A stretch of 64,000 nucleotides of DNA from Bdellovibrionales bacterium (GCA_028283955.1 JANQSP010000084.1:16065-80064); one strand, 5' to 3'; positions 38,523 to 49,735 are shown, counted from the stretch's first letter. Notes: a model not told the origin generated them from the sequence alone. Translations and numbers: made by a program.

Positions 38523-39987
38523 TCGTCTCCAATCCAATAGCTTTTTTGTATAAAGCAATGGATTTGTCAATCATATTCAAATAGTAATACACTTCCGCCA
38601 GATGTTCAGCAATAAGACCTTCTGAGTTATTATTCTGGTATGCACGCTCCAGATATCTTAAAGCCTCTGTAGCTTTACCTCTCTTAAAAAAGACCCAACC
38701 GGCTGTATCCAAAATATAGCTGTCATTAGGTAAGAGGGACAAGGCCCTTACCACCATCCGTTCCGCCGATTCCAGATTTTCATTTAATTCAGCATAAACA
38801 AAAGCCAAATGGTTAAGAGCATCCACATGGTCAGTATCAACACTTAAAACCTGCTTCATCCATTTAATAGTCTGATCTGTCCGCCCCAAATGATCATATA
38901 TAACTCCTGTATAAAACAGTATTTCTGTATCTTTTGGAAAAATTTCAGACGCTTTCAATAATACATCCAAAGCTTTTGAAAAAGCTTTCGTTTGCTCAAG
39001 AAAGCCGGCATATAAAGTGTAAATCTGCGAGGATACATGAGGATGCAATAAAACAGTTCTTTCAATAATAGAGATAGCCTTTTCATATTCCTTTTTTTGA
39101 CCCCATATCCAGGCCAGCTGAGTTTGAATCACCCAGTTACCAGGGTCCGCATCAGCAAAAGGCTGCAAATATTCAATCGCTTTTTCCCAATTACCTTGTT
39201 GAACATGAAAATGAAATAAGGACATAGAAATTTGCGGATGAAAGCCAGCTACTTTCTGAAAGTCTTCCAATATACGAAATGCCTTGCTTTTTTGATCAGT
39301 GGCTTGATAAAAAAAGAATAGCTCCAAAGCGGGAAGCATAAATTCCGGTTGCAAGCGCAGAGATTTTTTAAAATGAAATAAAGCTTTTTGATTTTGCCCG
39401 ATTTTTTTATTAATCTGCCCTAAAAAATAATGTATTTTATAAAGATTAGCCCCCTCCTCTATCTGACTTAAAGTCTTAAAAAGGGGCTGAGCCGGCAAAA
39501 ACTCACCTTTTTGAATATGTAATATAGCCTTTCGATATAAAGCCTCTATATGATATGGTTTTTTACTTAATATCCAGTCATATTTATTAAAGGCCTTATT
39601 ATACATCTGATTTTTTTCATATATTTTGGCCATTTTTAAATGCAAAACCATATTATTCGGTTGTTTCTTTAAAAGAGTATTGCACTGTTTAAAAGCCTGC
39701 AAATACAAGCCCGCCCTCAAATATTCATCTATCAGGCGGGAATGTAAGTAAAAGGAATCCGGATGATAAATAAGCGCCTGATTAAACAAATTAACAGCCT
39801 TAAGATAAAAGCCCTTATTGGACTCCTGTTCCCCTTTTATATAGTAAAGGTCGGCCTGAGACTGAAAATAAGAATGATCTATTATTTCCTGATGTTTTTC
39901 CAAATTTTTTACTGATTTTTGAATAGACAGACTATGACAAGCTGTTATAAAAGGAACAGTAGATAGAAAAAAATATATTTTTTTCAT
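38464..39987 (-). CDS. TPR-repeat lipoprotein
   Basis: 'MKKIYFFLSTVPFITAC' lipobox. More than 10 recognisable 34-aa TPR units (recurrent A..Y/F..AL...P patterns). Confidence 0.8.
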   Translation of the reverse strand: MKKIYFFLSTVPFITACHSLSIQKSVKNLEKHQEIIDHSYFQSQADLYYIKGEQESNKGFYLKAVNLFNQALIYHPDSFYLHSRLIDEYLRAGLYLQAFKQCNTLLKKQPNNMVLHLKMAKIYEKNQMYNKAFNKYDWILSKKPYHIEALYRKAILHIQKGEFLPAQPLFKTLSQIEEGANLYKIHYFLGQINKKIGQNQKALFHFKKSLRLQPEFMLPALELFFFYQATDQKSKAFRILEDFQKVAGFHPQISMSLFHFHVQQGNWEKAIEYLQPFADADPGNWVIQTQLAWIWGQKKEYEKAISIIERTVLLHPHVSSQIYTLYAGFLEQTKAFSKALDVLLKASEIFPKDTEILFYTGVIYDHLGRTDQTIKWMKQVLSVDTDHVDALNHLAFVYAELNENLESAERMVVRALSLLPNDSYILDTAGWVFFKRGKATEALRYLERAYQNNNSEGLIAEHLAEVYYYLNMIDKSIALYKKAIGLETNEDKKKKLQEKLLSIQLAV

Positions 39988-40313
39988 ATCCTATTTATCG
40001 GTATAGATAAAAAACACTTTATCCTTTAAAAACAGATAATGAATAAATACACATAAATGTTTGTATTTACTTAATGAAAAAGAAGATTTTTTGAGTTCAT
40101 TAAATCTTACAATCAATTTTTATAAATATTTTTTCACTCCTTTTGTCTGACTCAATATTTATGATAGAAAACGCCGGTCAAAAAAATTATAAAACACATC
40201 TTGACAAGATGAGAATACAATCTTTATCATACGCCCCAACAAAAAACATAAAAAATATGGAAAACTCCTGTCTTTCTAGAACAGCAGGAAAACCCAAAAC
40301 TAAGGAGGAAAGA

Positions 40314-40865
40314 GTGGATCAAAATATCATCAATAGAGCAACACCAATGAATACCTCTCCAAGACAAACAAAAGCCAAAGTTATTAAAAGATATGGAAAC
40401 CGAAAACTCTACGACACAGAACAAAGCTCCTACGTGGTCTTAAATGATATAGCCAAAATGATCCGCAATGAAGAAGAGGTCCGTGTTATTGACAATGAAA
40501 CAAAAGATGACATCACCTCAGCCACTCTAACTCAAATTATTTTTGGTGCTGAAAAGAAATCATCTTATTCAGCCCCTTTGGATATCCTGAAATCCATTAT
40601 TAAAAAAGGGGATGGCAGTTTCTCCAACTTTCTGGCTGAAATGGGCTTATTTAAAGCTCAAATAACTGACAACAAGATAACCATAGAAGAAAGCAGGGCA
40701 GACAGTAATACAGCATCTGGTATGTACAACACACGAGTTAACCGAAACTTTCAACATAAAACTCTTCAAGAAAGAGTAGTGAGTGCCGCTTTGGATCCGG
40801 ACTCAGCTGAAAATGAAAAAACTATTTTACCAACTTCAAGTAATGATTTAATGACAGATAAATAA
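40314..40865 (+). CDS. phaR: PhaR-like polyhydroxyalkanoate synthesis regulator (PHB_acc_N DNA-binding domain)
   Basis: 'VIKRYGNRKLYDTEQSSYVVLNDIAKMIRNEEEVRVIDNETKDDITSATLTQIIF' matches the PhaR N-domain. In-frame GTG at 40314 lies 5 nt after a perfect AAGGAGG (40302-40308). Alternatives are ATG 40347 or the long ORF start 40143. Confidence 0.7.
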   Translation: MDQNIINRATPMNTSPRQTKAKVIKRYGNRKLYDTEQSSYVVLNDIAKMIRNEEEVRVIDNETKDDITSATLTQIIFGAEKKSSYSAPLDILKSIIKKGDGSFSNFLAEMGLFKAQITDNKITIEESRADSNTASGMYNTRVNRNFQHKTLQERVVSAALDPDSAENEKTILPTSSNDLMTDK

Positions 40866-40938
40866 ACAGCTAAGTTGTAAGTTGTGTTAAAATCCAATCT
40901 GTCAGAATGAAGAACGGTGGGTGTGTGTTTCGTGTAGT

Positions 40939-41014
<76 letters not shown>

Positions 41015-41062
41015 ATCCATAAAATCAGATCTTAAGAAAGACCTATTTTTCTGTCAATAAAC

Positions 41063-41296
41063 TTATCTAGTCGTTCCTTTCCCTTCTTTCTCAGGGGTTA
41101 TTTTTATCCGGGCAGATCTTTCGTTCTGGGAGTGTACAGGAGAAAAAATATTTTCCAAGCCGGCTTTAAACGAAGGGGCATTCAACTGTTTCATAAGAAA
41201 CAATACAAATAAAAAACCCATCACTATAATATTAAGCTTGATATACCATGAAATACCTATCTTTTTCTTTCCTTTAATTAAAAACATGTTCCCCAT
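41063..41296 (-). CDS. Hypothetical small membrane protein (77 aa) between two tRNA genes
   Basis: ORF with one hydrophobic segment 'LNIIVMGFLFVLFLM'. No other support. Confidence 0.25.
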   Translation of the reverse strand: MGNMFLIKGKKKIGISWYIKLNIIVMGFLFVLFLMKQLNAPSFKAGLENIFSPVHSQNERSARIKITPEKEGKGTTR

Positions 41297-41323
41297 TATC
41301 CAATAAAATATATATTTAACTCA

Positions 41324-41410
41324 CGGAGAGGGTGAGATTCGAACTCACGAGACCCGTGAAGGTCTGCCGGTTTTCAAGACCGGTGCATTCAACCACTCTG
41401 CCACCTCTCC
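41324..41410 (-). tRNA. tRNA-Ser (anticodon UGA), class II long variable arm, CCA not encoded
   Basis: Reverse complement: acceptor GGAGAGG/CCTCTCC, anticodon arm CCGGT-CTTGAAA-ACCGG, long variable arm 'CAGACCTTCACGGGTCTC', T-loop GTGAG-TTCGAAT-CTCAC, discriminator G. 87 nt. Confidence 0.9.
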
Positions 41411-41467
41411 CACAACCTTTTTACCATTCCTACATTTTAATAAAGTAAACTCCGCTCTCCTGCCGGC

Positions 41468-41743
41468 TTAACCGCTGTCGGCAATGATTATATAAACCTT
41501 CATAAGTACTACCATCAGAATAAAAAGTAAATCGACCAGTAAAACACCTAAAAATCCCAATCTTTTAACCATTGTAAAAAAGGCGAAACTCACTGTTAAA
41601 AAAATAAAAAAAAAGGCAAAGTAACGGTAGTGTATTAATGCCTGACCAATGACGGAAAAAAGAATCCCTACACATAAAGCAGAAAACAATTTAAACAAAA
41701 ATAAAGCATATCTGCCAATTAAGGACATTTTCATATTCGACAT
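41468..41743 (-). CDS. Hypothetical small membrane protein (91 aa, about 3 TM)
   Basis: ORF with three hydrophobic stretches. No recognisable motif. Confidence 0.4.
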   Translation of the reverse strand: MSNMKMSLIGRYALFLFKLFSALCVGILFSVIGQALIHYRYFAFFFIFLTVSFAFFTMVKRLGFLGVLLVDLLFILMVVLMKVYIIIADSG

Positions 41744-41798
41744 AGTTCCTCAAAAATAACACAGCGTTTTAATCACCTTATAATAATAGAAGAGCTAT

Positions 41799-44732
41799 TC
41801 AACCACAATTTTTTATTTCCTTTCCGGTTAGTTTAGATAACTTTTTCATTCTATTTTCAATATCCTGTCGATCAGGAGCTCTGGGCATTAAATTTAAATA
41901 ATTACAATAAGAACCCGCCGCTTCCTGATAAGCCCCTCTTATTTCATAAATCATACCTAATTCTTTATATAAATGCGGATCTCCGGACCTGGCGTTTACA
42001 TCATCCTCTCCACTCGCTTTTTTCAGAATTTTTACAGCTAAATCCAGGTGTCCGGATTTTCTATAACAACGAGCTGTTTTTACATAAAAATTCATATTTT
42101 CCGGAGCTAACTCAACCGCCTTTTGATATTCAATAGAACAATTCAAAAACTGTTTTAACTTTTCATAAGATTCTCCCGCTAATAAGTAAGGAAGAATCAA
42201 CCGGGGATTGGACCGACTTTCCAAGCGTGCCTGCTTAATAGCTTCTTCATAGTCACCCTGTAAAAAAGCTATTCTGCCCAAAAAGTAATGCGCTTTCGGA
42301 TACAATTTATTCAAAGCTAAAACCCTGTTAAATTGTTCTTTTGCCAAACTGTATTTCTTTTCTCTTAAACGAAGCTGCCCTATATAAAAAGTGGGTTGCG
42401 GATCAGAAGGATTTAAAATAGCCGCTTGTAAAAAGGCTTCATAAGCTCCCTTAAAATCACCATCAAACATAAGAATTCTACCCAGGTAAAAATAAGCTTC
42501 GTTATACTTTTCTTCAATATCAATAATTTTTTTTAAAACTCTACGGGCTCTCTTATATTGCTCATCTTCAAATAGATATTTAACCAATTCCATACGGTAT
42601 TTCATAACCAATGGGTAATTTTCCACCAACTTCTGAAAGTAATCCACACCTGTATCCACACCATAAACACTACCTAAAGCTTTTGCATAGGCAACTTGAG
42701 TTTTTGTTGCATTAGGGTCCACCTCCAGACCACGCGTGGCAGAGGCCAAAGATTCATTAATATTACCCAACTTCGCATAAGCCTCTGACAAAATCACATA
42801 AGATTCCATATCCGCCTCATATATACTTAAAGCGATCTTGGCATATTCAATTACTTTGTTATAATCCCCTTTTTTTAAAGCCAGATACGCCTTCCCCCTA
42901 TACAGCTCATAGCTCCTTGGAACCTTTCGAAAAGCGATTTTCAATATTTTTTCCGCATTATGAAAATCATACAACTCAGAGTAATATTCTGATATCAGTA
43001 CATACGCCTCCATCATATTGGGATTTATATTAATGGCTTTCTTTAACCACTTAATAGCTTGATCAGAAAAACTTAAACTCCAATAACTCTTAGCTATTTT
43101 TATAGCCACCACCGAATTTTTCCCCCCATCCACCTTAAACGCTTCCTCATAATATCCAATAGCTGCACGAAATTTATTATTCAGTACCAACTGATCCCCT
43201 TCATAAACAAGTTGACTGCTTCTCACCTTTGTTTGCTTTAATTTCTTCACCCCTCCAATTTGTATTACTAAATTCCGGCTGGCTTTATTAGCCGGATTGT
43301 AGCTGTAAGCCTGTCTGGCATATTTAAGGGCTTCCGCGGAAGCTCCTTTTTTTAAATTAATCTCCGCCAGGCCAAAATAAGCATCTGAAAGAGTTTGATT
43401 GGAAACCATCTCAGAATTATTTAAAGCTATTTTTAATATATTTTCCGCTTTTTCCGGTTTATTAAAATATTTATACTCGATTAAACCCATTTTAATTTTA
43501 GCTGTTTTATGATTAGGATTTAAAGATATAACTTTCTTATACATGGATAAAGCACTGGCTATTTTATTTTGCTTTTCCAAAATATTAGCCGCCAAAATAT
43601 AAGGCGCTATCCATTTAGGAAGAAGTGTTTGAGTGGTATCCAAATAAACCATCATGGTTGCATAATCATTTAAGTAATACAAAACCCGAGCTTTTAAATA
43701 ATAAAAGAAAGGTACCAACCCTTGAGATTCCGTATCCTGAACTTCTCCGCTAAGACCATCCATTGAACTTTCCACCATCGTTTTGGCATCTTCATACTTT
43801 CCTTTAATAATCAGACCAACAGAGTGACAAAGCCCCGACCTAACCCCTCCTTTATTTAGTACAGAAGCCTTATGGATTAAGTTAGATAAAGTATTCATGG
43901 CTTTCATATCCTGTCGAGTAAAAGGCCACAATTCCATATATACGAGGCAAAGCATAGCCATTACATAAGTATCTTTAGGATTTCCCTCTATAGCCTGGAC
44001 CAGTAAAGTTTGTGCCTTTACGTATGCCGGTACGGTGCTATTTAAGTACTGCAAAAACCCCTTTTTAATTAAGGGTCTTAATTGTTCAGGAGGTAAAGTA
44101 GAGGTTTTCTCTCTTGGTGCTTGGAGTTCAACATACTCCTGAAAGGGTTTATCCTTTGATTCATCTTGAAAAAACAATAAAGCAAACACCACCCCTATTC
44201 CGGAAAAAGCCAATAGCAAAACTTTTTTTCTTTGAAAAAAGGACTGCTTCCTATTACTTACTTCAGCTACTTGTGCCGTCCCTTCTTCCTTAAAAGATTC
44301 AAACCCCTCCTCTTCCAGTTTATAAATAACTGTTTTCTCTGAAGAGGACCGTGATTTCCTTTTTGATCTGTGAGAACCACTTCTTCGTTTTTTTCTTTGT
44401 TTTTTTCGAATAGATTTTAATTCACTCAGATCAGCAACAACTGTCGATGATGATATACTTTCCTCGGTATCAACGTGAGAACTTTGGACAGAAGCACCAG
44501 AATGAACAGTATCTATCTCGTCTTTTTCTGTATAAGATAAAACCTGCAATAATTGTTCATAAAATATTGGCTCAACAGATATTGGTTTCCATCTGCCACC
44601 CGGATAAACAGCAACAGTTTCTTCACCCTGAACCACTCTATCTTTAATATGCCGGATAATTTCATCCGAAGACAAAGGGCCTTGAACACGTCCATTTTTA
44701 TATTTAAGCAGCCAAAGTTTGTCCTGACTCAT
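41799..44732 (-). CDS. GYF_2-domain / TPR-repeat membrane protein (977 aa)
   Basis: N-terminal 'WLLKYKNGRVQGPLSSDEIIRHIKDRVVQGEETVAVYPGGRWKPI' (GYF_2/DUF4339 pattern), basic 'RKKQRKKRRSGSHRSKRKSRS', TM 'VLLLAFSGIGVVFALLFF', then about 20 TPR-like units. Confidence 0.8.
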   Translation of the reverse strand: MSQDKLWLLKYKNGRVQGPLSSDEIIRHIKDRVVQGEETVAVYPGGRWKPISVEPIFYEQLLQVLSYTEKDEIDTVHSGASVQSSHVDTEESISSSTVVADLSELKSIRKKQRKKRRSGSHRSKRKSRSSSEKTVIYKLEEEGFESFKEEGTAQVAEVSNRKQSFFQRKKVLLLAFSGIGVVFALLFFQDESKDKPFQEYVELQAPREKTSTLPPEQLRPLIKKGFLQYLNSTVPAYVKAQTLLVQAIEGNPKDTYVMAMLCLVYMELWPFTRQDMKAMNTLSNLIHKASVLNKGGVRSGLCHSVGLIIKGKYEDAKTMVESSMDGLSGEVQDTESQGLVPFFYYLKARVLYYLNDYATMMVYLDTTQTLLPKWIAPYILAANILEKQNKIASALSMYKKVISLNPNHKTAKIKMGLIEYKYFNKPEKAENILKIALNNSEMVSNQTLSDAYFGLAEINLKKGASAEALKYARQAYSYNPANKASRNLVIQIGGVKKLKQTKVRSSQLVYEGDQLVLNNKFRAAIGYYEEAFKVDGGKNSVVAIKIAKSYWSLSFSDQAIKWLKKAININPNMMEAYVLISEYYSELYDFHNAEKILKIAFRKVPRSYELYRGKAYLALKKGDYNKVIEYAKIALSIYEADMESYVILSEAYAKLGNINESLASATRGLEVDPNATKTQVAYAKALGSVYGVDTGVDYFQKLVENYPLVMKYRMELVKYLFEDEQYKRARRVLKKIIDIEEKYNEAYFYLGRILMFDGDFKGAYEAFLQAAILNPSDPQPTFYIGQLRLREKKYSLAKEQFNRVLALNKLYPKAHYFLGRIAFLQGDYEEAIKQARLESRSNPRLILPYLLAGESYEKLKQFLNCSIEYQKAVELAPENMNFYVKTARCYRKSGHLDLAVKILKKASGEDDVNARSGDPHLYKELGMIYEIRGAYQEAAGSYCNYLNLMPRAPDRQDIENRMKKLSKLTGKEIKNCG

Positions 44733-44778
44733 ATACTATTACTTTATCATACCACTACACTTTGTTATGACTGATTTT

Positions 44779-46035
44779 TCACTTGAATCTTTTAATATTT
44801 GCTCCTAATGAGGATAATTTGTTCTCCAAACATTCATATCCACGATCCAAATGATACACCCTATGTATGACAGTTTCCCCTCGGGCGGCTAAACCGGCTA
44901 AAATAAGACAGGCACTTGCCCGTAAATCGGTGGCTGTCACAGGTGCACCTTGTAAAACCCTTCCCCCTCTAACCAAAGCGGTATGGGCATCTAATTGAAT
45001 ATCAGCTCCCAATCGTACTAACTCCTGAACATGCATAAACCGATTTTCAAAAATAGTTTCCTTAACTGATCCCACACCTTGTGCCACTTGTGTCATCAAA
45101 GCCATAAACTGTGCCTGAAGATCTGTAGGAAAACCTGGATAAGGGGCTGTAATAATATTCACTCCTGAAAACCGTTCCGGAGAAGAAAGTTCAACAGAGC
45201 TACCACTGACTTTTATAAAAAAACCAGCCTCCTCCAACTTAAAAAGTAAGGAATCCAGATGATGAGGCACACATGAAGAAATACAAACATTTCCTTTTGT
45301 AATTGCACCAGCTAATAATAAGGTGCCCGCTTCAATACGATCAGGAATCACTTTATGTTCTTGCGGTAGTAAAGATTTTTTTGGAGTAATCCGGATTAAA
45401 TCCGTTCCCGCACCTTGAATACAAGCCCCCATTTTATTTAAATATTCAGCAAGATCCACGATTTCCGGTTCACGAGCCGCATTTTCAATAAAAGTAGAGC
45501 CTTCAGCCAAACAGGCTGCCATCATCAGATTCTCTGTTCCTCCCACAGTCGGATAATCCAATAGAATCCGTGCCCCTTTCAAGTTACCCTGCGCCCTAGC
45601 TACAATAATCCCTTTAACCAAATTAATATGAACCCCCATTTGCTTAAAGCCTCTTAAATGCAGATCAACAGCCCTTGTACCTATAGCACACCCTCCAGGT
45701 AAACTGACTTCCGCTATACCATGACTGGCTAACAGAGGACCTAAAGAAAGTATCCCTGCTCTCATTTGTCTTACAAGTCCATAAGGAGCTTTTGAAGATT
45801 TTAATTTTCCGGATTTGATTCTTAAAACAGTCCCATCCCTTTGAACATCACAACCAAAATGCTTAAGAAGTAAACATGAGGTCTCAACATCTTTCAAAGC
45901 CGGTACGTTATGAAATACATGTTCCCCTTCAGCCAACAAAGTTGAAAAAAGGAGAGGTAAAACAGCATTTTTAGAACCACTGGTCTGTACTGTTCCTCTT
46001 AATTTTCTTCCACCTGTAATACTAATTTTATCCAT
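44779..46035 (-). CDS. murA: UDP-N-acetylglucosamine 1-carboxyvinyltransferase
   Basis: '[29 protein letters not shown]', active-site loop '[13 protein letters not shown]', '[14 protein letters not shown]', '[15 protein letters not shown]'. Start set at ATG 46035 (the ORF is open to 46059). Confidence 0.95.
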   Translation of the reverse strand: MDKISITGGRKLRGTVQTSGSKNAVLPLLFSTLLAEGEHVFHNVPALKDVETSCLLLKHFGCDVQRDGTVLRIKSGKLKSSKAPYGLVRQMRAGILSLGPLLASHGIAEVSLPGGCAIGTRAVDLHLRGFKQMGVHINLVKGIIVARAQGNLKGARILLDYPTVGGTENLMMAACLAEGSTFIENAAREPEIVDLAEYLNKMGACIQGAGTDLIRITPKKSLLPQEHKVIPDRIEAGTLLLAGAITKGNVCISSCVPHHLDSLLFKLEEAGFFIKVSGSSVELSSPERFSGVNIITAPYPGFPTDLQAQFMALMTQVAQGVGSVKETIFENRFMHVQELVRLGADIQLDAHTALVRGGRVLQGAPVTATDLRASACLILAGLAARGETVIHRVYHLDRGYECLENKLSSLGANIKRFK

Positions 46036-46885
46036 GGCACTTTTGAAACTGAATAACACGAATGATATTTGAAAAATCCCTGTACTCTCTTTTTCTGCGC
46101 ATCTTATCCACCTTATGTTCTATTGAAGATATATCCTGTTTATCACCTATTTCAAAAAAATAAGCTCCCCCCGGTTTGAGCAATTGAGCTGCCGAATTCA
46201 ACCAGGAACGAATATGGTATAGACCTCCTTCATTAGAAAACAGAGCCTCCGGGGGCTCAAAAGCGGTCACTTCTTCTGACACTCTCTCATCATCAAAAGA
46301 AATATAAGGAGGATTAGCCACAACAATATCTGCCTGCGCTTTAAGCCAGCTTTCATCTCCTTTACCTAAACCTGAAACAGATGTGCTAAGGAAAATCGTC
46401 CGTTTTTCCAAACCCATATTTCTTGCGTTTATTTGACTTACTTTTATTGCTTCCAGATTTGAGTCCACTGAAATCAAGTTCGCTTTTGGAAATAAAGCCA
46501 ATAAGGTCAAACCAATGCAACCACTGCCACTTCCAAAATCAACAATAGTCAGTCTTTCCTGGTGACTCCATTGCGACAAAACAGCAGAAATTATAGTTTC
46601 TGTTTCAGGGCGGGGAATAAAAACCCCAGGCTTTATAACAAACTCATATCCGTAAAATTCTTTTTTTTCTATAATATAAGCTACTGGCATACCCTTTTTT
46701 CTCATTTGACAAAAAGATTGAAAATATTTTATTTGTCGTTTATCCAGTTTTTGACTCCAATGGGTATAAAGATACATCCTATCGCAACATAAAACATGAC
46801 CTAAAATCAACTCCACATCCAACCGTCCAAGACCGGCATGTAACAAGGCGGAATCAGTAGACTGAATTAAACTTCCAATAGTCAT
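46028..46885 (-). CDS. prmC: Release-factor glutamine N5-methyltransferase PrmC (HemK)
   Basis: 'IVDFGSGSGCIGLTL' SAM motif and 'VVANPPYIS' (NPPY). Located between prfA and murA. Confidence 0.9.
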   Translation of the reverse strand: MTIGSLIQSTDSALLHAGLGRLDVELILGHVLCCDRMYLYTHWSQKLDKRQIKYFQSFCQMRKKGMPVAYIIEKKEFYGYEFVIKPGVFIPRPETETIISAVLSQWSHQERLTIVDFGSGSGCIGLTLLALFPKANLISVDSNLEAIKVSQINARNMGLEKRTIFLSTSVSGLGKGDESWLKAQADIVVANPPYISFDDERVSEEVTAFEPPEALFSNEGGLYHIRSWLNSAAQLLKPGGAYFFEIGDKQDISSIEHKVDKMRRKREYRDFSNIIRVIQFQKCHG

Positions 46886-47964
46886 CAGTTCTGTTCCTGT
46901 CTATTAAAAACATTCTCAGCATATTGATTTTTCAAAGATTCAATAAATGGAGATAAATCACCTGCCATCAAATTATCCAAGTGATAAAGAGTGAAGCCGG
47001 TACGATGATCGGTAACACGTGACTGAGGGAAGTTATATGTTCTTACTTTTTCAGAACGATCCCCTGTTCCTATTTGAGCCAACCGCTGTTGAGACTCCTT
47101 TTCTTTTTTTCTTTGCATTTCTAAATCATACAGACGGGCGTAAAGAACTTTCATAGCCTTTTCTTTATTGGCATGTTGAGATTTCTCGTCCTGACACTGC
47201 ACTGTAATTTTAGTGGGTAAATGCACCATCCTTATTGCACTGTCTGTTGTATTCACATGTTGTCCCCCTGAACCACTTGAACGAAAAGTATCCACTCTTA
47301 TATCCGCCGGGTTAATTTTAACTGCCATCTCATCCACTGCCGGCAGGACCACCACCGTCACTGTAGAGGTGTGTACACGACCTTGGGTTTCTGTTTTCGG
47401 TATTCTCTGAACACGATGCACTCCACTTTCGTATTTCAAATCTCCATACACAGAGGAACCAGAAACAGAAAAAATAACTTCTTTAAACCCTCCACTGTTT
47501 CCTGGAGAAAAAGATAAAATATCCACTTTCCATTTTCTTTTATTTGCATAATGAGAGTACATTAAAAATAAATCTTCACAAAATAAACCGGCTTCATTAC
47601 CACCTGCCGCCGGACGAACTTCCATAATAACATTTTTTTCATCCAAAGGATCTTTTGGAATGAGAAATTGCTTTAATTTTATAAATAAACTGTCTTGCCT
47701 GGACTTTAAAGATTGTAACTCCTCTTTTGCCAGATTCATTAACTCTTCATCTTCCTCTTTAGATAACAGATCTTCATAGTTTTGAATATTCTCTTTTATA
47801 TCCTGATACTGTTTGTATATTTGCACCGTTTTTGCGAGAGCGGAATATTCCTTCATTAATTCCACTCTTTCTTTTTGGCTAAGACGGGAAGATGTATCCT
47901 GTAAACGATTTTCTAATATTTGATACCTGGATTGTATTTCGTCCAATTTTTTAAACATTTTCAC
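46885..47964 (-). CDS. prfA: Peptide chain release factor 1
   Basis: 'RSSGSGGQHVNTTDSAIR' (GGQ), tripeptide-anticodon region 'RVQRIPKTETQGRVHTS' (PxT type, not SPF). The track start is GTG 47964; ATG 47958 (MFKKLDEI) is an alternative. Confidence 0.95.
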   Translation of the reverse strand: MKMFKKLDEIQSRYQILENRLQDTSSRLSQKERVELMKEYSALAKTVQIYKQYQDIKENIQNYEDLLSKEEDEELMNLAKEELQSLKSRQDSLFIKLKQFLIPKDPLDEKNVIMEVRPAAGGNEAGLFCEDLFLMYSHYANKRKWKVDILSFSPGNSGGFKEVIFSVSGSSVYGDLKYESGVHRVQRIPKTETQGRVHTSTVTVVVLPAVDEMAVKINPADIRVDTFRSSGSGGQHVNTTDSAIRMVHLPTKITVQCQDEKSQHANKEKAMKVLYARLYDLEMQRKKEKESQQRLAQIGTGDRSEKVRTYNFPQSRVTDHRTGFTLYHLDNLMAGDLSPFIESLKNQYAENVFNRQEQN

Positions 47965-48032
47965 ATTAAGGAAAGGTTCTTTCCCACTCCTGTTTTTCTA
48001 TTATCGTAATATGTTAAATGATTTTGAATTAT

Positions 48033-48066
48033 AAAAAAACAGTGAAGCAAAAACAATTTATTTGCT
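48033..48066 (-). terminator. Possible intrinsic terminator after rho
   Basis: Minus strand reads AGCAAA-TAAATTGTT-TTTGCT (6-bp stem), then TCACTG and a T7 run. Weak AT-rich stem with a loose T-tract, so low confidence. Confidence 0.3.
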
Positions 48067-48068
48067 GA

Positions 48069-49604
48069 TTAACCACTCATATTATCCAGAAAATCCTGAT
48101 TGGTTTTGGCTTTCTTAAGTTTATCCAAAAGAAACTCCATACTATCCACCACACTCATCGGAGCTAAAACTTTACGTAAAATCAAAAGTCGATTGAGTTC
48201 ATTTTCCTGCATAAGCAGATCTTCTTTTCGTGTCCCTGATTTATTGATATCCATACAAGGAAAAATCCTTCTTTCCATAAGCTTTCTATCCAAATGAATT
48301 TCTGAGTTTCCGGTTCCTTTGAATTCCTCAAAAATAACCTCATCCATCCGGGATCCTGTATCTATCAAAGCTGTAGCAATAATAGTTAAGCTCCCACCTT
48401 CCTCTATGTTTCTGGCTGCTCCAAAAAACCTTTTTGGCTTATGAAGAGCACTGGAATCCACACCCCCTGACAGAATTTTTCCGGAAGGAGGTACAACCGT
48501 ATTATAAGCCCGGGCCAAACGGGTAATAGAATCCAATAGAATAACCACATCTTTTTTATGCTCCACCAGCCTCTTTGCCTTTTCAATTACCATCTCCGCC
48601 ACCTGAACATGACGAGTGGGAGGTTCATCAAAAGTAGATGAAATGACCTCTCCTTTGACATTTCTTAGCATATCTGTCACTTCTTCGGGACGTTCATCAA
48701 TAAGTAAAACTATCAGATAAACTTCCTCATGATTTTTGGAGATAGCATTGGCAATATTTTGCAGCAACACTGTTTTACCTGTTCTGGGAGGAGCTACAAT
48801 CAGTGCCCTTTGCCCCTTACCAAGAGGAGCCATAAGGTTTACCACCCTTGTGGTGTATTCCGCCGGACTCCACTCCAGACTGAGTCTCTTCTCAGGGTAT
48901 AAAGGTGTTAAATTATCAAAAAGAATTTTTTCTTTTAAAGAGTCTGTGGATTCAAAATTGACACTGTCTGCTTTCAAAAGAGCAAAATACTTCTCACCCG
49001 CTTTAGGCGGACGAATAGTGCCCGTAACACTATCTCCTGTCCTGAGCCCAAATCGACGAATTTGAGAATGACTGACATAGATATCATCAATACCCGGCAA
49101 ATAGTTATAATCCGGTGAACGTAAAAAACCGTATCCATCAGGCAATATCTCTAATACTCCCCCTCCGTAGATATCTTCCAACTGAGCGGCCCTTTTTAAT
49201 ATCTCAAAGACCATATCCTGTCTTTTCATACCAGAAGGACTTTCAATTTTAAGTTTATGGGCTAAGCCCATTACTTCTCTGATATCTTTTGATCTCAGGT
49301 TTTTAAAATCCAGATCTTTTCTTTCCTCCTCTGTTAAATTGATATCAGACAAATCCACTTCTGGACTTAAATGAGGAGAAGTATCTTCACGAAAGGAGCG
49401 GGAATGGGAACGAATATTTTCCTTATTTCCATTGCCATTTCCACCACCATTATTTCCATTTCCATGATGGTTACTACCCCGATACCGTTGCCGGGAACGG
49501 GAAGTCGACCGGCGATTGCTCTTTCTTTCATTGGAAGAAAAGCTCTCTCCGCCTTTTTTGGAGGAATACACCTTATTATTTTTATCTATTTCAGAATTAC
49601 TCAT
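48069..49604 (-). CDS. rho: Transcription termination factor Rho with about 100-aa disordered N-terminal extension
   Basis: '[14 protein letters not shown]', 'RFGLRTGD', Walker A 'APPRTGKT', '[10 protein letters not shown]', '[13 protein letters not shown]', '[14 protein letters not shown]'. N-terminus is R/S/N/G-rich and includes '[16 protein letters not shown]'. Confidence 0.95.
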   Translation of the reverse strand: MSNSEIDKNNKVYSSKKGGESFSSNERKSNRRSTSRSRQRYRGSNHHGNGNNGGGNGNGNKENIRSHSRSFREDTSPHLSPEVDLSDINLTEEERKDLDFKNLRSKDIREVMGLAHKLKIESPSGMKRQDMVFEILKRAAQLEDIYGGGVLEILPDGYGFLRSPDYNYLPGIDDIYVSHSQIRRFGLRTGDSVTGTIRPPKAGEKYFALLKADSVNFESTDSLKEKILFDNLTPLYPEKRLSLEWSPAEYTTRVVNLMAPLGKGQRALIVAPPRTGKTVLLQNIANAISKNHEEVYLIVLLIDERPEEVTDMLRNVKGEVISSTFDEPPTRHVQVAEMVIEKAKRLVEHKKDVVILLDSITRLARAYNTVVPPSGKILSGGVDSSALHKPKRFFGAARNIEEGGSLTIIATALIDTGSRMDEVIFEEFKGTGNSEIHLDRKLMERRIFPCMDINKSGTRKEDLLMQENELNRLLILRKVLAPMSVVDSMEFLLDKLKKAKTNQDFLDNMSG

Positions 49605-49735
49605 ACTTATTTTGATTATTGATTAAATTCAGAAGAAGACAGACACCTTTTTGCCTTCCTTAATTAACTTTATTAAGTATAACCTCTTTATTAGAACACA
49701 AATGAATGATTAAAACTAAAGATATTAAGGTAACT

